A DNA stretch of 49,734 nucleotides from an uncultured archaeon. GTDB lineage: Archaea; Thermoproteota; Bathyarchaeia; Bathyarchaeales; Bathycorpusculaceae. Both the position numbers and the translations under genes were made by a program. The notes beneath the pieces are model-generated. The model had not been told where the DNA came from. It made no database searches and saw only the letters and a program-made list of their open reading frames with translations. The stretch is from positions 1 through 49,734 of the forward strand of contig CAWALK010000002.1 of the NCBI GenBank assembly GCA_963782915.1, written 5' to 3'. Of this stretch, positions 11,249 through 21,687 are shown piece after piece. Each line of letters opens with the position of its first letter. Within the stretch, counting starts at the first letter, position 1.

Positions 11249-12089
11249 TTATCCTCGCTCTAAAGATTCAGCCAAGTATATACAATTTTTTGCCTCGGAA
11301 TTGCCCATGAACATGCGGGAAACAGCAAACGTCTTCCTTAAAACCCACACTCGAGAGCATACCCAACATCGTAGCGTCTGTTTTTGCGACGACACTATAG
11401 ACACTTTTGCCGCCCACTTTTGCCAGAACCGCCGAAACAAGCCTGCCGGCAACATCATATCGTGAGGGCACACAAATTAATGGTCCAATCCACGCCATCG
11501 ACTCATAAATCGTGGCTGCAATATACCCAACCACATGGCCGCGATCAGAAATGTAGTAGCCTGCGTTGGTATCGTCAAGAACTATTGATTCAAGCAGTCT
11601 GGTTCGGTCACCACCGAAAAATTGACTGTCAAAAAGCGCGATTCTGGCAATATTGGTTTCGTCTATCCTATGTGCACCAGGGGTCTCCACTGGGAAGATA
11701 TTATCAGCATGCATCAACGCGAAATCTATGTCAGGCTTGAATCCCAAGTGGCCATAGAATTCTTTGAGTTGCGGATAAGCATACAACCCAACTGTCTCTA
11801 CACCTTTTGCGTGTAAATAGTCCAGGGCGTGTTGTACAAGCATTCTTCCAGCGCCTTTTCGGCGGCTGGATTCGTCAACGATGAGGTTGCCAAACCAACC
11901 GACTTTCCCATAGCTTATGCATGTAGCGATGCCTACACGCTTGGAATCATCCACCAAAAGAAAAGATCCAGCTGGTTCAAGCGAAGCCATAAATGCAAAG
12001 TCTTCAGCGGCCATATTCCAATCCATAGTGTTGGCTAATTCAACTGCAAAACCAAAGTCTGCCGTGGTCAGGGATTCAACTTTAAACAT
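11249..12089 (-). CDS. Two-domain GNAT acetyltransferase (YitH-like); indel near 11330
   Basis: RRKGAGRML acetyl-CoA motif, FGGDRTRLL, WIGPL. The likely true C-terminus FAVSRMFMG...IYLAESLERG is in the adjacent frame. Confidence 0.85.
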
Positions 12090-12233
12090 ACCAATAAACT
12101 GGATTTTCCAACAATTAAACTATGCCCAAATCTTCTGTGGCGTTATTATGTAACAACAAACCGTTTTATTTTCCGCTATCAATAGAGCCATGATTAGTTT
12201 CTCTGCGGAAGCTTTTTTGGTTTTGGAGGTTAA

Positions 12234-13007
12234 TTGGTGGTTTTTAGAGTCAAAAGACGAGGCTTTTTGCTCCTTACAGTCTGGTTAGTGCTCTTACTTG
12301 CAGGATTATCTGCATTGAATCTGCTTGAAGGCGCCTTCAACTCGCTTCCAGATAGCCACACAATCGTAAGCGTAGGCTGGGCAGGATACATAATTTCAGA
12401 CAGCTTCAATCAACAGCAACCGATAACCTCCATAAGCGCTTCATGGACTGTACCAACGGTTAATGTTTCAGCAGGCAACGGCTACTCCAGTGCATGGATA
12501 GGAATCGGGGGGCAGCTGGATAAAACCTTGATTCAAGTTGGCACAGAGCACAACGTTATCAACGGGAAGGCAACCTACGGTGCATGGTATGAAATGCTTC
12601 CGGCTTACTCCACAAAAATAGATAACTTTGTGCTTTCGCCAGGCGACCAAGTAACTGCGTCTATCTCCGTAGTCAACCCAGAAACCAACGAATGGAACAT
12701 TCAACTAAACGACCTATCAAACGGAGAGGTCTTCAACCAGAACTTCTTCTACAATTCAACACAGTCCTCAGGGGAGTGGATTGTAGAAAGATCAACTGTT
12801 AATGGTCAAATCAGCAACCTGGCAGATTTTGGCTCTTTAACCTTTAACGGATGCCACATACACCTTGGTAGCATAAACGGCGATATTCGAGACTTCTCAT
12901 ACTCCATCGTCCACATGACAAACCAGCAATACGATAGATTAGCCACTGCATCATCACTTGGCAGCGACAACGCAAGCTTCACCGTCACATACCAAAAAAG
13001 CAGTTAA
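12234..13007 (+). CDS. Secreted G1 (eqolisin) glutamic peptidase
   Basis: WAGY, SAWIGIGG, LIQVGT (catalytic Q), WYEMLP, SGEWIVER (catalytic E), LADFGS; N-terminal hydrophobic signal. Confidence 0.85.
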   Translation: MVVFRVKRRGFLLLTVWLVLLLAGLSALNLLEGAFNSLPDSHTIVSVGWAGYIISDSFNQQQPITSISASWTVPTVNVSAGNGYSSAWIGIGGQLDKTLIQVGTEHNVINGKATYGAWYEMLPAYSTKIDNFVLSPGDQVTASISVVNPETNEWNIQLNDLSNGEVFNQNFFYNSTQSSGEWIVERSTVNGQISNLADFGSLTFNGCHIHLGSINGDIRDFSYSIVHMTNQQYDRLATASSLGSDNASFTVTYQKSS

Positions 13008-13016
13008 CCAAAGATG

Positions 13017-13538
13017 TTATTGACCTGCTGCAAGCGCGGCAGAGAGAGCCTCACTGCTCTTCTGAATTTCCTTAGTAACACTCGAGAGCAGCTTAATGCG
13101 GTTTTCTAACTTACGCTTTTGCATGCTTGTTAAGCTTTTAAATTTCGGAACTACATCTCCGACAACCGCCATCATTAAATCACGGTTTTTATCTTCGCTC
13201 AAATTTTTAAGCTCCACATGCCCATCAGCATATTGCAGAACTAAATGACCTGTGGGGTCGATGTGTGCTTGGGTTACGTCTCCAACTTGAGCTGGAAGAG
13301 CCAACTGGCTAACAGCAATCGAGGAAGTTAGAGGAGACATTAATTTAAGTAGAGAAGAAAAAAATTGAGCAACCAGTATTTTTTCTTCCGAGCTTAACTC
13401 ACTGATTTGCCCTATGTCGTCAGCAGTGCTTTTTAGCGAATCCACTATTTCTTGGAGGTTTACCTGTTTTTTCTTTTCAGGCTGTGGAGAAGCAGAGACT
13501 TCTACGGGTGTCTGCTTGATTGCGGGTTCCTGTGTCAA
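13017..13538 (-). CDS. Hypothetical coiled-coil protein
   Basis: 173-aa ORF; heptad-like C-terminus. Confidence 0.65.
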   Translation of the reverse strand: MTQEPAIKQTPVEVSASPQPEKKKQVNLQEIVDSLKSTADDIGQISELSSEEKILVAQFFSSLLKLMSPLTSSIAVSQLALPAQVGDVTQAHIDPTGHLVLQYADGHVELKNLSEDKNRDLMMAVVGDVVPKFKSLTSMQKRKLENRIKLLSSVTKEIQKSSEALSAALAAGQ

Positions 13539-13677
13539 TGTGGTTCAAAGAAGTGAATGGGTGAGTTGTAGAGTAAAGGGCTTGTACGTCTAAAATAGAT
13601 AAGACAATTTCAGTGGCTCAACCTTAAAGCAAAGGCAACAAAAATACCGAAAAAAGCAAAAAAAAGAAAAAAGAAAA

Positions 13678-15153
13678 CTATTGAGATGTTTGCATAAACT
13701 TTGCGAGTTTAGCTTTACGAACTTCGAGGACATCAGTTAGTTCAGTTTTGAGTTTTTCGGAAACTTCAGTCATCGCAGCAACTTCGGCAACAATTGTATT
13801 CATGTTCTTGCCGACAGTATCAACTTCTTCGATGATGGATTTAGCTGAACTATCAACTTTTGCAACACTTTCAACCACATCCATCGCAAGCTTAGCCATG
13901 TCTTTTGCTTCGCCGACTACACTGTTGGTTACTCGTTCAACCTCCTCGGAAGTTGACGAGACATCCCTAGCGATATTGGCCATTTGCTGAGCAGATGCAG
14001 TTTGTTCTTCAACTGCTGAGGAGGCTTCCTCTGAAGCAGATGAGCTTTCCTCGGCAATGCTCGCAACTTCCTCAATGGTTCTAACTACTGAGCTAAGTGC
14101 ATCTAATCCTTTTTCTACCCCGCTTGTTAGGTTGTTTACTTTGATGTTCATTTCACCCATAATTTTGGCGATGCCTTCGGATTCTTTGATAGCACCCAAA
14201 ACTACGTTTGCGCCTTCCGCTGCACCTACCTGCGACTGTTGAGTAATGGCGCTTGTTTGCATGCCCGCTTCTTTAATGCCTTTTACGAGGTTTATGGATG
14301 AGCCTGCGGCTACTTTTGATTGTCCAGCGAGGCCTTTGACTGCGTCGGCGACGACTGCGAATCCGCGTCCTGCTTCTCCAGCTCGTGCAGCTTCGATGGC
14401 AGCGTTTAGTGCTAACATGTTTGTTTGTCCAGCGATGTCAGAGACGGAATTAGCCATCTCCCCTACCTGCTCAACAGAGTTAACCATCGATGTTACAGCA
14501 TCTGATACTCGAACAATGTTACTTTTGATGTTCTCTATGGCTACTAGGCCTTTCTGTCCTTTTTCGTTGGCTTCCATAGATTTCTTTAATGCATCCTCTG
14601 TTACGGCTGAGGCTTCTCGGGCAATTTTGCCTGCTTCATCCATAACTTTCTTCAATGAATCACTGCTTCTTGCTGCATCCTGAGATAATTCGGCTAGTTT
14701 TTGAGATCCTACCGATACTTGTTGTGAGGCTGTGCTGACTTGTTGCATGCCGATAGCCATCTGGTTAGAAACATTGGCCGCTTCTTTGCCCATTTGAACT
14801 ACTTTAGCAGTTGATTTGCTTGCCGCTTCTGCTTTAGATGCTACTTTATTGGCGACGCCTTCAACGTTTTTCACGTTAGTGACAACTTGGCTAACCACTC
14901 CGCTTGTATCAGTTGCTAATTCAGCTACTTTCATAGCGCCCTGCATAGTTTGATAAGCAAGGTCTGTGGCTATAGCTGACTTCTGAATTGTAGCGTCCGC
15001 GGTTAAACTGATTCGCTCAGCGCTCTCGATGCCCTCTTGGAGCAATTGAACGATATACTCATAGTACTGTTTGTTTTGTTCATGTAGACGTTGATTTTCT
15101 TTTTCAAGCTTCTCGATTTCCGAGGCTTTTTTCTCTTTCTGTTCGTCAGTCAT
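13678..15153 (-). CDS. Soluble methyl-accepting chemotaxis protein (MCP2), paralog of MCP1
   Basis: Same signalling tip as MCP1 and shared [21 protein letters not shown]; no transmembrane segment. Confidence 0.95.
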   Translation of the reverse strand: MTDEQKEKKASEIEKLEKENQRLHEQNKQYYEYIVQLLQEGIESAERISLTADATIQKSAIATDLAYQTMQGAMKVAELATDTSGVVSQVVTNVKNVEGVANKVASKAEAASKSTAKVVQMGKEAANVSNQMAIGMQQVSTASQQVSVGSQKLAELSQDAARSSDSLKKVMDEAGKIAREASAVTEDALKKSMEANEKGQKGLVAIENIKSNIVRVSDAVTSMVNSVEQVGEMANSVSDIAGQTNMLALNAAIEAARAGEAGRGFAVVADAVKGLAGQSKVAAGSSINLVKGIKEAGMQTSAITQQSQVGAAEGANVVLGAIKESEGIAKIMGEMNIKVNNLTSGVEKGLDALSSVVRTIEEVASIAEESSSASEEASSAVEEQTASAQQMANIARDVSSTSEEVERVTNSVVGEAKDMAKLAMDVVESVAKVDSSAKSIIEEVDTVGKNMNTIVAEVAAMTEVSEKLKTELTDVLEVRKAKLAKFMQTSQ

Positions 15154-15199
15154 TTCAGATTACTATCCCCTAGTCAATTGTCCAACTATTCAGTGGTTT

Positions 15200-15233
15200 G
15201 CTTATAAGTAGATTATGAAATCTTCATATGTAT
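15200..15233 (-). promoter_or_regulatory. MCP2 promoter: TATGAA-N3-TTCATA inverted repeat next to TTATAA
   Basis: Minus strand reads ATACATATGAAGATTTCATAATCTACTTATAAGC, matching 621-654. Confidence 0.55.
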
Positions 15234-15260
15234 TAGTGATAAACTAAAAAAAAGAAAAAA

Positions 15261-16283
15261 TTAGTTGCAAGCTTTTAGAATTGCTCGGGGAATCCTCTCT
15301 AGAGGAGCAACTTTATCCACACAACCGGTCTGGTTTGCTACATTTGGCATACCATAAACGACGCTGGTAGCTTGGTCTTGAGCAATGGTATATCCGCCAT
15401 GTTCCTTGATGGCTTTTATGCCTTTAGCGCCGTCGGAGCCCATGCCTGTTAGGACTACACCAATGTTTTTTGCGCCATAGATTTCAGCCATAGAAATCAT
15501 TAAAACGTCCGCTGCTGGTCGAACGTAATTTACCGGAGGATCAATCGTTAAGTGAATTTTGTGCTCTTTGGTTACAACCATGTGGAACCCGCCGGGGGCA
15601 ATTAACGCTAATCTTTCTTGTACGCGGTCGCCTTCTTGGGCTTCTTTTACTGTGAATTTGCAGCGTTCGTTTAAGCCTTCAGCGAAGAGTTTAGTGACTC
15701 CTTTGGGCATATGCTGAACGATCAGGATAGGTGGTGTATCCGCTGGAAGGGCTGTTAAAACCGAGGTTACTGCTGGCGGTCCACCAGTGGAGGCAGCGAT
15801 GGATATTATTCTGTCGCCGATTGAGGTTGCGCCGCCAATATCCTCTTGGGCAACGGGTTTTGTGGATGAGAGGTTAGCGGAAGCTGCTGTTTTTACTTTA
15901 GAGATTAATTCATCCCGTACTGAATCCATGTTGAGCGAGATTTGCCCGGAAGGTTTTGGGATATAATCAACTGCGCCGAATTCTAATGCTTTTAGCGTCA
16001 GCATTGCTTCTCGCTGTGTTAAGGCGCTGATCATAATAACGGGTGTTGGGCAAGACTCCATGATTCTGCGGACAGCTGTTAACCCGTTCATTTTGGGCAT
16101 TTCAATGTCCATTGTGACGACGTCAGGATGTAAACTGGCGACTTTAAGAAGAGCCTCCTCTCCGTCGCGAGCTGTGCCAACAACTATTATTTGTTTATCT
16201 GATTGTAGAAGGTCAGAGATTACCTTCTGCATGAGCAAAGAATCATCGACTATTAGTAATTTGATTGGCGACATAGGGTTCAC
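15261..16283 (-). CDS. cheB: Chemotaxis methylesterase CheB (REC + methylesterase)
   Basis: VDDS, DIEMPKMNG, ASTGGP, VQHMP, LTGMGSDG, VYGMP. Confidence 0.96.
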   Translation of the reverse strand: MNPMSPIKLLIVDDSLLMQKVISDLLQSDKQIIVVGTARDGEEALLKVASLHPDVVTMDIEMPKMNGLTAVRRIMESCPTPVIMISALTQREAMLTLKALEFGAVDYIPKPSGQISLNMDSVRDELISKVKTAASANLSSTKPVAQEDIGGATSIGDRIISIAASTGGPPAVTSVLTALPADTPPILIVQHMPKGVTKLFAEGLNERCKFTVKEAQEGDRVQERLALIAPGGFHMVVTKEHKIHLTIDPPVNYVRPAADVLMISMAEIYGAKNIGVVLTGMGSDGAKGIKAIKEHGGYTIAQDQATSVVYGMPNVANQTGCVDKVAPLERIPRAILKACN

Positions 16284-16313
16284 GACGTAAGGATGGTTGC
16301 AAGGAAAGGGTGG

Positions 16314-16829
16314 TTATGGTTTTTGTTGTTCTTTCTCTGTTTTGATTTGGAAACCCTTTGTGTCTTCACCCATGTTTAAGGCATCTTTGGAGGCTACACG
16401 GAGTAAGTCAAGCAGGATAATTAGGGATTTGTCGTGTTTTGCAACGCCCAGGACAGCTTCTGATTTGTCGATGATTAGGCTGTCTTGGTTTGCTTCGATG
16501 TCTGCTTTTGAAAGGGTTAAAACTTCCATGACGGAATCAACCATTATGCCGACGGGATGCTTGTCTTGAACGATTATCATGATGTTTGTGTTCTCGTTTT
16601 TTGTGATGGGCATGCCGAAGCGTCTGCGCAGGTCTATGACTGGGATTACTTCGCCTCTGAGGTTGGTTACTCCCCTAACATAGGATGGTGCATATGGAAC
16701 AGGGGTTACGCCTTCAAAATTTTTGACTTCACGCACTTGACTAACGTTTACGCCGTATAGGACGTCATCGAGTGAGAACGTTAGCATTTGCATTTCGTCA
16801 CGTGCATTTGCTTTACTGTTAAATGCCAT
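16314..16829 (-). CDS. cheW: CheW (second copy)
   Basis: VTPVPYAPSYVRGVTNLRGEVIPVIDL; start placed at MAFNSK. Confidence 0.93.
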   Translation of the reverse strand: MAFNSKANARDEMQMLTFSLDDVLYGVNVSQVREVKNFEGVTPVPYAPSYVRGVTNLRGEVIPVIDLRRRFGMPITKNENTNIMIIVQDKHPVGIMVDSVMEVLTLSKADIEANQDSLIIDKSEAVLGVAKHDKSLIILLDLLRVASKDALNMGEDTKGFQIKTEKEQQKP

Positions 16830-16944
16830 AGTATCGCCTAAACAGGTATGCCTATCGTTGAACTGCCTATAAGCCCTTATGAAAAGGCAGTATTGATTCA
16901 AAATCTACATTAAAGAATTCAAAAGTTAAGTAAATTGGGAAGGG

Positions 16945-17313
16945 TTAGACTATGTAGCCTTTGCTTCCGCAGCCAAGGTTTTGAAGCTGGTTTTTGAGCC
17001 AATCCTCACTCATCAGGCAATACTTTGCGGAGCCGCCTTCTATCGATATAACCATGATTAAATCGAGTTTGTCGAGTTTTGCGTATTCCATTAGGATGTC
17101 ATATGTGCCTTGGTTGATTTCGATGTCTAGGTCTTCTTGGGTGTTGTCGGATGCCCGTTTGGCGTGGAATATGGCTTTGAGTTTATCTGCGCCGTCCCTG
17201 ACTGCAACGTTGACACTGTTAACGTAATAGATTTTCTCGTTGTAACTTAGGATTACGTTTCGGGCGTTGTCAGATTTTACTTCGCTGTGCTCCATTTCTG
17301 AGTACCTCAACAA
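16945..17313 (-). CDS. Hypothetical protein between cheA and cheW
   Basis: 122-aa beta-rich ORF; not a receiver domain. Confidence 0.65.
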   Translation of the reverse strand: MLRYSEMEHSEVKSDNARNVILSYNEKIYYVNSVNVAVRDGADKLKAIFHAKRASDNTQEDLDIEINQGTYDILMEYAKLDKLDLIMVISIEGGSAKYCLMSEDWLKNQLQNLGCGSKGYIV

Positions 17314-17405
17314 TATAGGGATTGTTTGTGGCAGGCAATAAAGGTAAGCTTCCCCGCTGGGAATATGTCAAAAAACGCATCACTCAAGGAAAGGATAGAA
17401 GGGGT

Positions 17406-19451
17406 TTAGGTGGTTCTGTTTCTCTTCACGAATTGACCCACATCCAAGACCAACACAACCTGTCCATCGCCAAGAATTGTGGCGCCACTTACGCCTTTGA
17501 TCCCTGAGAGCGCATCATTAAGCGACTTGACCAATATGTCTTGTTGGCGCAGTACTGAATCAACGGCTAAACCCATCTTGGTGTTTTCGTCGCCTAAGTA
17601 TATGATGAGCAGTTCCATCTCTTCCTCGTCTGATTCAGGGAGGTTTAGCAGTTTATGAAGGTGCACCATTGGGATTACATGGTCTCGTACAACGATGGCT
17701 TCGGTTTTGCCTAGTTTTTGGACGTCTGATTTTTTGACGCGTACGATTTCTGAGACTTGGCTTGTGGGGATGGCAAAGGTTTCTTGGGTATCCGTAACTA
17801 GTATAGCCTGTATAATCGCCAGTGTAATGGGCAATTTGATGGTGGTTCGGGTGCCTTTGCCGATTTGGCTGTCAAGGTGTACGGTTCCGCCTAATGCGGC
17901 GATTTTGGTTTTGACAACGTCCATGCCGACTCCTCTGCCGCTGGTTTCTGTGACTTGTTTTGCGGTTGAGAAGCCTGGTAGGAAGATGAGGTTGATTAGT
18001 TGTTCTTTGGTCATTTTATCGAGTTCTGTTTGTGTTAGGAATCCTTTTTTGAGTGCGGAGAGTTTTACTTTGTCTGGGTCGATGCCTGCGCCGTCGTCGT
18101 AGACTTCGATGATTACTTGGTTGCCGTTTCTTTGTGCGGAGAGTACGATTTGGCCGCCTTCGTTTTTGTTGTTTGCTTGTCTTTCTTCGGGTAATTCTAT
18201 GCCGTGGTCGACGCTGTTTCGCAGCAAATGGATTAGGGGTTCGCCGATTTCGTCGAGGACTGAGCGGTCTACTTCGATGTCTCTGCCTTCCATGATTAAA
18301 TCGATTTTCTTTTTCTCTTTAAGCGATAAATCCCGTACGAGGCGTGGGAACCTGTCGAAGACTTGGCTCACTGGCACCATGCGTACCTGCATTACGAGGT
18401 CTTGGAGGTCTGCTGTTAAGCGGTCTATGTTTTCTGTGATGCGTTTTAGGCCGTCGCAGTTGTGGTTGTCGGAGGTTACTTGGAGCAATGCGATTTTGTT
18501 GATGACTAATTCGCCCACGAGGTTCATAAGTTTGTCTAGTTGGTCGAATTTGACGCGTACGGTTTGGGCGGTTTGGGTTTCTGCGGCTACTTTTGTGACT
18601 GCTTTGTTTTCGACTGTTACGGTATAGTTGCTTTCGGTTTGCAGTGCTGCTGCGGGCATGATGGCGTTTAGGGCGGTTGTTGAGTCGTTGAAGGCTGTGA
18701 CTTGGATTTCTTCGATTTCAAGGACTTGTTTTGCACAGTTTTCTAGGGATTTTTCGTCGAGTTTGCTTGTCAAAACGATTTTGAAGCCGTGGTTTAGTTT
18801 TTGTTCGTCGAGGTCGTTTTTTTCTGGGACTGTTTTGAGGATTTTTGCGACTTCGGTTATTTTGTCTAGGACCATGGATGCGCGTATGCTTTTGAATCCG
18901 CAGTCGGGGCTGAATTTGAGGTCGACTGTGTAGGCAGGTTTCGTCTGCGGCTAGTTGTGGGATGTCTTGTTTGGGTTCGGTTGTGGATTGAGCTGCTGGG
19001 TTTCTAAGGTGGGTTCTGCGGTTTTTGTTTCTTGCAGTTCTTTGTTGGGTTCAATGCGTGATAATTCGGATTTCATCGAATGCAACTTTGCACTGTAGCC
19101 TTCGTAATCTATTTCGCCTTCCACCTTGGCTTGGATGTTTTCGAGGCGCTGTGTGAGTGCATCAACACATTCCAAAAGTAAGCTGATTAGGTTGCAGGAG
19201 GGTTTGCTGCCTTTGCGCATGTCATCAAAGATGTCTTCCATGGCGTGGGTGAGTTCCTGGAAGTCCCTAAAGCCCATCATACCCGACGAGCCTTTGAGTG
19301 TGTGGGCGCTGCGGAAAAGCATGTTAACAACTTCCTGATTTTCAGGTTCCTTCTCCAGAATCAACATTGACTTAGTAATCGTTTCAATGTGTTCCTTTGC
19401 TTCTTCTATGAATAATGTCCTGTATTGGTCGTTATCAAACGACATCGTCAT
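17406..19451 (-). CDS. cheA: Chemotaxis histidine kinase CheA, interrupted in the P1-P2 linker (probable compensating indels)
   Basis: Hpt FRSAHTLKG; LDKLMNLVGELVI; HLLRNSVDHG; DDGAG; FLPGFST; SGRGVGMDVV; C-terminal CheW-like P5. Confidence 0.93.
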
Positions 19452-19780
19452 CACCCTGTAGTTGACTAGTCCCTGTTGTTTGAAGTACCATAGCCCCAAA
19501 ACCTGTAATTTGTTAGAGTGTGTCTCTGTTGTGACACTCAGAAACACTATAGTTGTTGTCGCCAAAAAGCTGCTATACACAGCATCTTCCAGTGGGTTTG
19601 GCTGGCAGCTGTGTTTTGAAGCGGGCGTTTGGGGTTGGTGGCTGGTTGTGGAGGTTTGTGCAAGCAGGTCGGGCTGGCGAGCGGTTGTAGGGTTAGTTGT
19701 GGTTTTTTTCTATAGGCCCCTTATCTAAAGGCGTATATGGAAGCGTATGCGCAAGCTCGATTGGATCTGTTGCTTTGCCA

Positions 19781-19849
19781 AGACCTCCCTACCCCCTATA
19801 AAGAGCTGCTTCTGCTGCTCTGCCGACTACCCCCCTCCCCTATATATAG
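19781..19849 (-). repeat. Intergenic G-rich element, copy 2 (19816-19849) and partial copy 3 (19781-19800)
   Basis: Reverse complements read CTATATATAGGGGAGGGGGGTAGTCGGCAGAGCA and TATAGGGGGTAGGGAGGTCT. Confidence 0.7.
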
Positions 19850-20220
19850 ACAGAATTAGTGAATAAATTTGCAAACAATGACAGCAATGAACAGCGCAAT
19901 GAAGTCGGGCACTAGCATGGCCCATTCAATTCAATTCGCCCGTAAACCCAGAAGAGCCGCTCATTACAGATAAGCCATCTTGTCCCACCCGTGGCACAAC
20001 ACAAAGGCCACCAAACCAAAACACTAAACAAAACCACAACACCCAACCCAAACCGCCCAATAAAGAATCTTACGAAATAAAAAGCACAATAAAAAAGGGC
20101 ATATTAAAGCAACAAAACCCGCCCCTCACACTCTATAAACAATCCCCACAAACAAAAAAACAACAGAACAAGCCAAACTCAATGCCCTACTCGAATTCCG
20201 AGCGAGGCTTCTCCGACTGC

Positions 20221-20388
20221 TTAATAATATACCCAATAACAAAAACAGAAACCCACCCACGTAGTCAAAACCCTATCCCCAACCCGCTTCTTAAAAGTAG
20301 TATGCTTACTCGAACGTACCTCTTCAAAACCGTTCGACAGCAAAATCTCAATGACTTTTCGCTGCGCAAGAGGACGAAGCTTTGGGAT
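20221..20388 (-). pseudogene. hicA: HicA-like toxin, truncated after LTTWV, no ATG
   Basis: PKLRPL..KVIEILLSNGFEEVRSSKHTTF; homology stops before the usual VPxH and runs into low-complexity sequence. Confidence 0.7.
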
Positions 20389-20626
20389 GCAAAACACCTT
20401 CAGGAACTTCAACGGCAATATTTGCCAAAGAAAGCGAAATTAAATCTTCATAAGCAGGCTTCTGCGTATCAGGGTCGCTAAGGTAATCATTAATCAAATC
20501 CGCCATATTCTCCTTAACCTCTGCCTCAGACAGCCCCTGCGTAGCAATATCAAGCAGCGGACAAGAAGCAACAAACCACTTACCCTCACGAGCAATGATA
20601 ATAGGGAACGGCAACTGAATCGACAC
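20348..20626 (-). CDS. hicB: HicB-like antitoxin (short, RNase H-fold only)
   Basis: IIAREGKWFVASCPLLDIATQGLSEAEVKENMADLI; overlaps the hicA start. Confidence 0.85.
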   Translation of the reverse strand: MSIQLPFPIIIAREGKWFVASCPLLDIATQGLSEAEVKENMADLINDYLSDPDTQKPAYEDLISLSLANIAVEVPEGVLHPKASSSCAAKSH

Positions 20627-20927
20627 TACTGACACCCAACAATAAAGCAGTCTCAATAAAGATATAATTGTTTCTTAAAACCACCCAAAACAAAAGCTGG
20701 CTCCTACGCAACCCGCCAAACCAACCCATACCCAATAACAATCCCCATAAACAGAAAACACAATAAACAAAAAACCTGACCATTAACTTACGATAGCGCT
20801 GGAGAGATAGAGAAGCTACCTCATTGCCATTAAAGAACAATTATACGACGCATTGTCATAAACAATAAATAATAATCTAACGAAGTGATTGTTAATGCTT
20901 ACTTCAACTGACTAAAAGAAAAAATCG

Positions 20928-21200
20928 TTGCCTAAGGGTCCCTTAGGCGGTGTATTTTTGAGCCTTTGCGGTACATTATTTATCGGTGTCGGGTATGTTG
21001 AGCTTCTTTTTGGCTTGAGTGGTGGCGTGGGATATCCTCAGAGGATGGTTGCCCCTGAATCCTTTGTCGTGCAACAGATTGTTACTGGTGCTTCCATGTT
21101 GGCATTAGGTATTCTAAGTTGGGTTGTATTTTTAGCTCTAATTCTCACTAGAAGAGAGTTTTTGTTTGGCAAGAAGGAATTTACAACAATCAACCATTAA
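20928..21200 (+). CDS. Small two-TM membrane protein (unit R0-R1)
   Basis: Two hydrophobic helices; ends INH* with its TAA inside R1. Confidence 0.6.
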   Translation: MPKGPLGGVFLSLCGTLFIGVGYVELLFGLSGGVGYPQRMVAPESFVVQQIVTGASMLALGILSWVVFLALILTRREFLFGKKEFTTINH

Positions 21201-21268
21201 GAACAAGTTTTGGAGCGTTAGTTTAGTAAACCTCTTAAGTGAACTAACTTACATAGTCAGCGATTGTA

Positions 21269-21565
21269 ATGGTTGAATTATCCCCATTTGCTGAGCTACT
21301 GTTTTTCCTTTAATATTACACGTTACCAATGATGCCTTTTTTGGTTGGAGGCATTTTGTTCTATTTTAAGCCCAAGCATAGATTGAGCATAGGCGTTTCA
21401 TTGATATTTTTTGGAGTTATCGAATTACTATTCGCTTTTATTGAGTATTGGTATCCGTATGGAGCAGGATCATATTGTGGTTTTGGCTTACTGACAATAC
21501 TTCTAGGGGTAATATCTGTTCTTTACCCCAAAATGTTAAGCAAAGACAATAGAATCAAGAAATAA
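21269..21565 (+). CDS. Small multi-TM membrane protein (unit R1-R2); in-frame TAA near 21311
   Basis: ATG at 21269 is in frame with the 21329 ORF; three hydrophobic helices and a basic tail. Confidence 0.55.
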
Positions 21566-21687
21566 CTTCACACTCTCACTAACTTGAGTTGGAGAGCTAG
21601 AGTAACAATTTAATGGCCGCTAAAAGAAGTTCATTAGGGCTAAGTTTATTGTGATAGATTGATTAGTTGGGTGTAAAGGGATAAGGA

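Noticed and set aside
18930-19005. In-frame TAG in cheA (both halves share a frame), suggesting pyrrolysine or stop readthrough
   Set aside because: The shifted frame reads as a natural linker (PAAQSTTEPKQDIPQLAADET) between two short C runs, so compensating indels are simpler. TAG also ends many genes here, and no pyl genes are present.
19584-19602. TTCCAGTGG resembling an ORB origin box
   Set aside because: Single partial match, no adjacent G-string and no cdc6/orc1 in the window.
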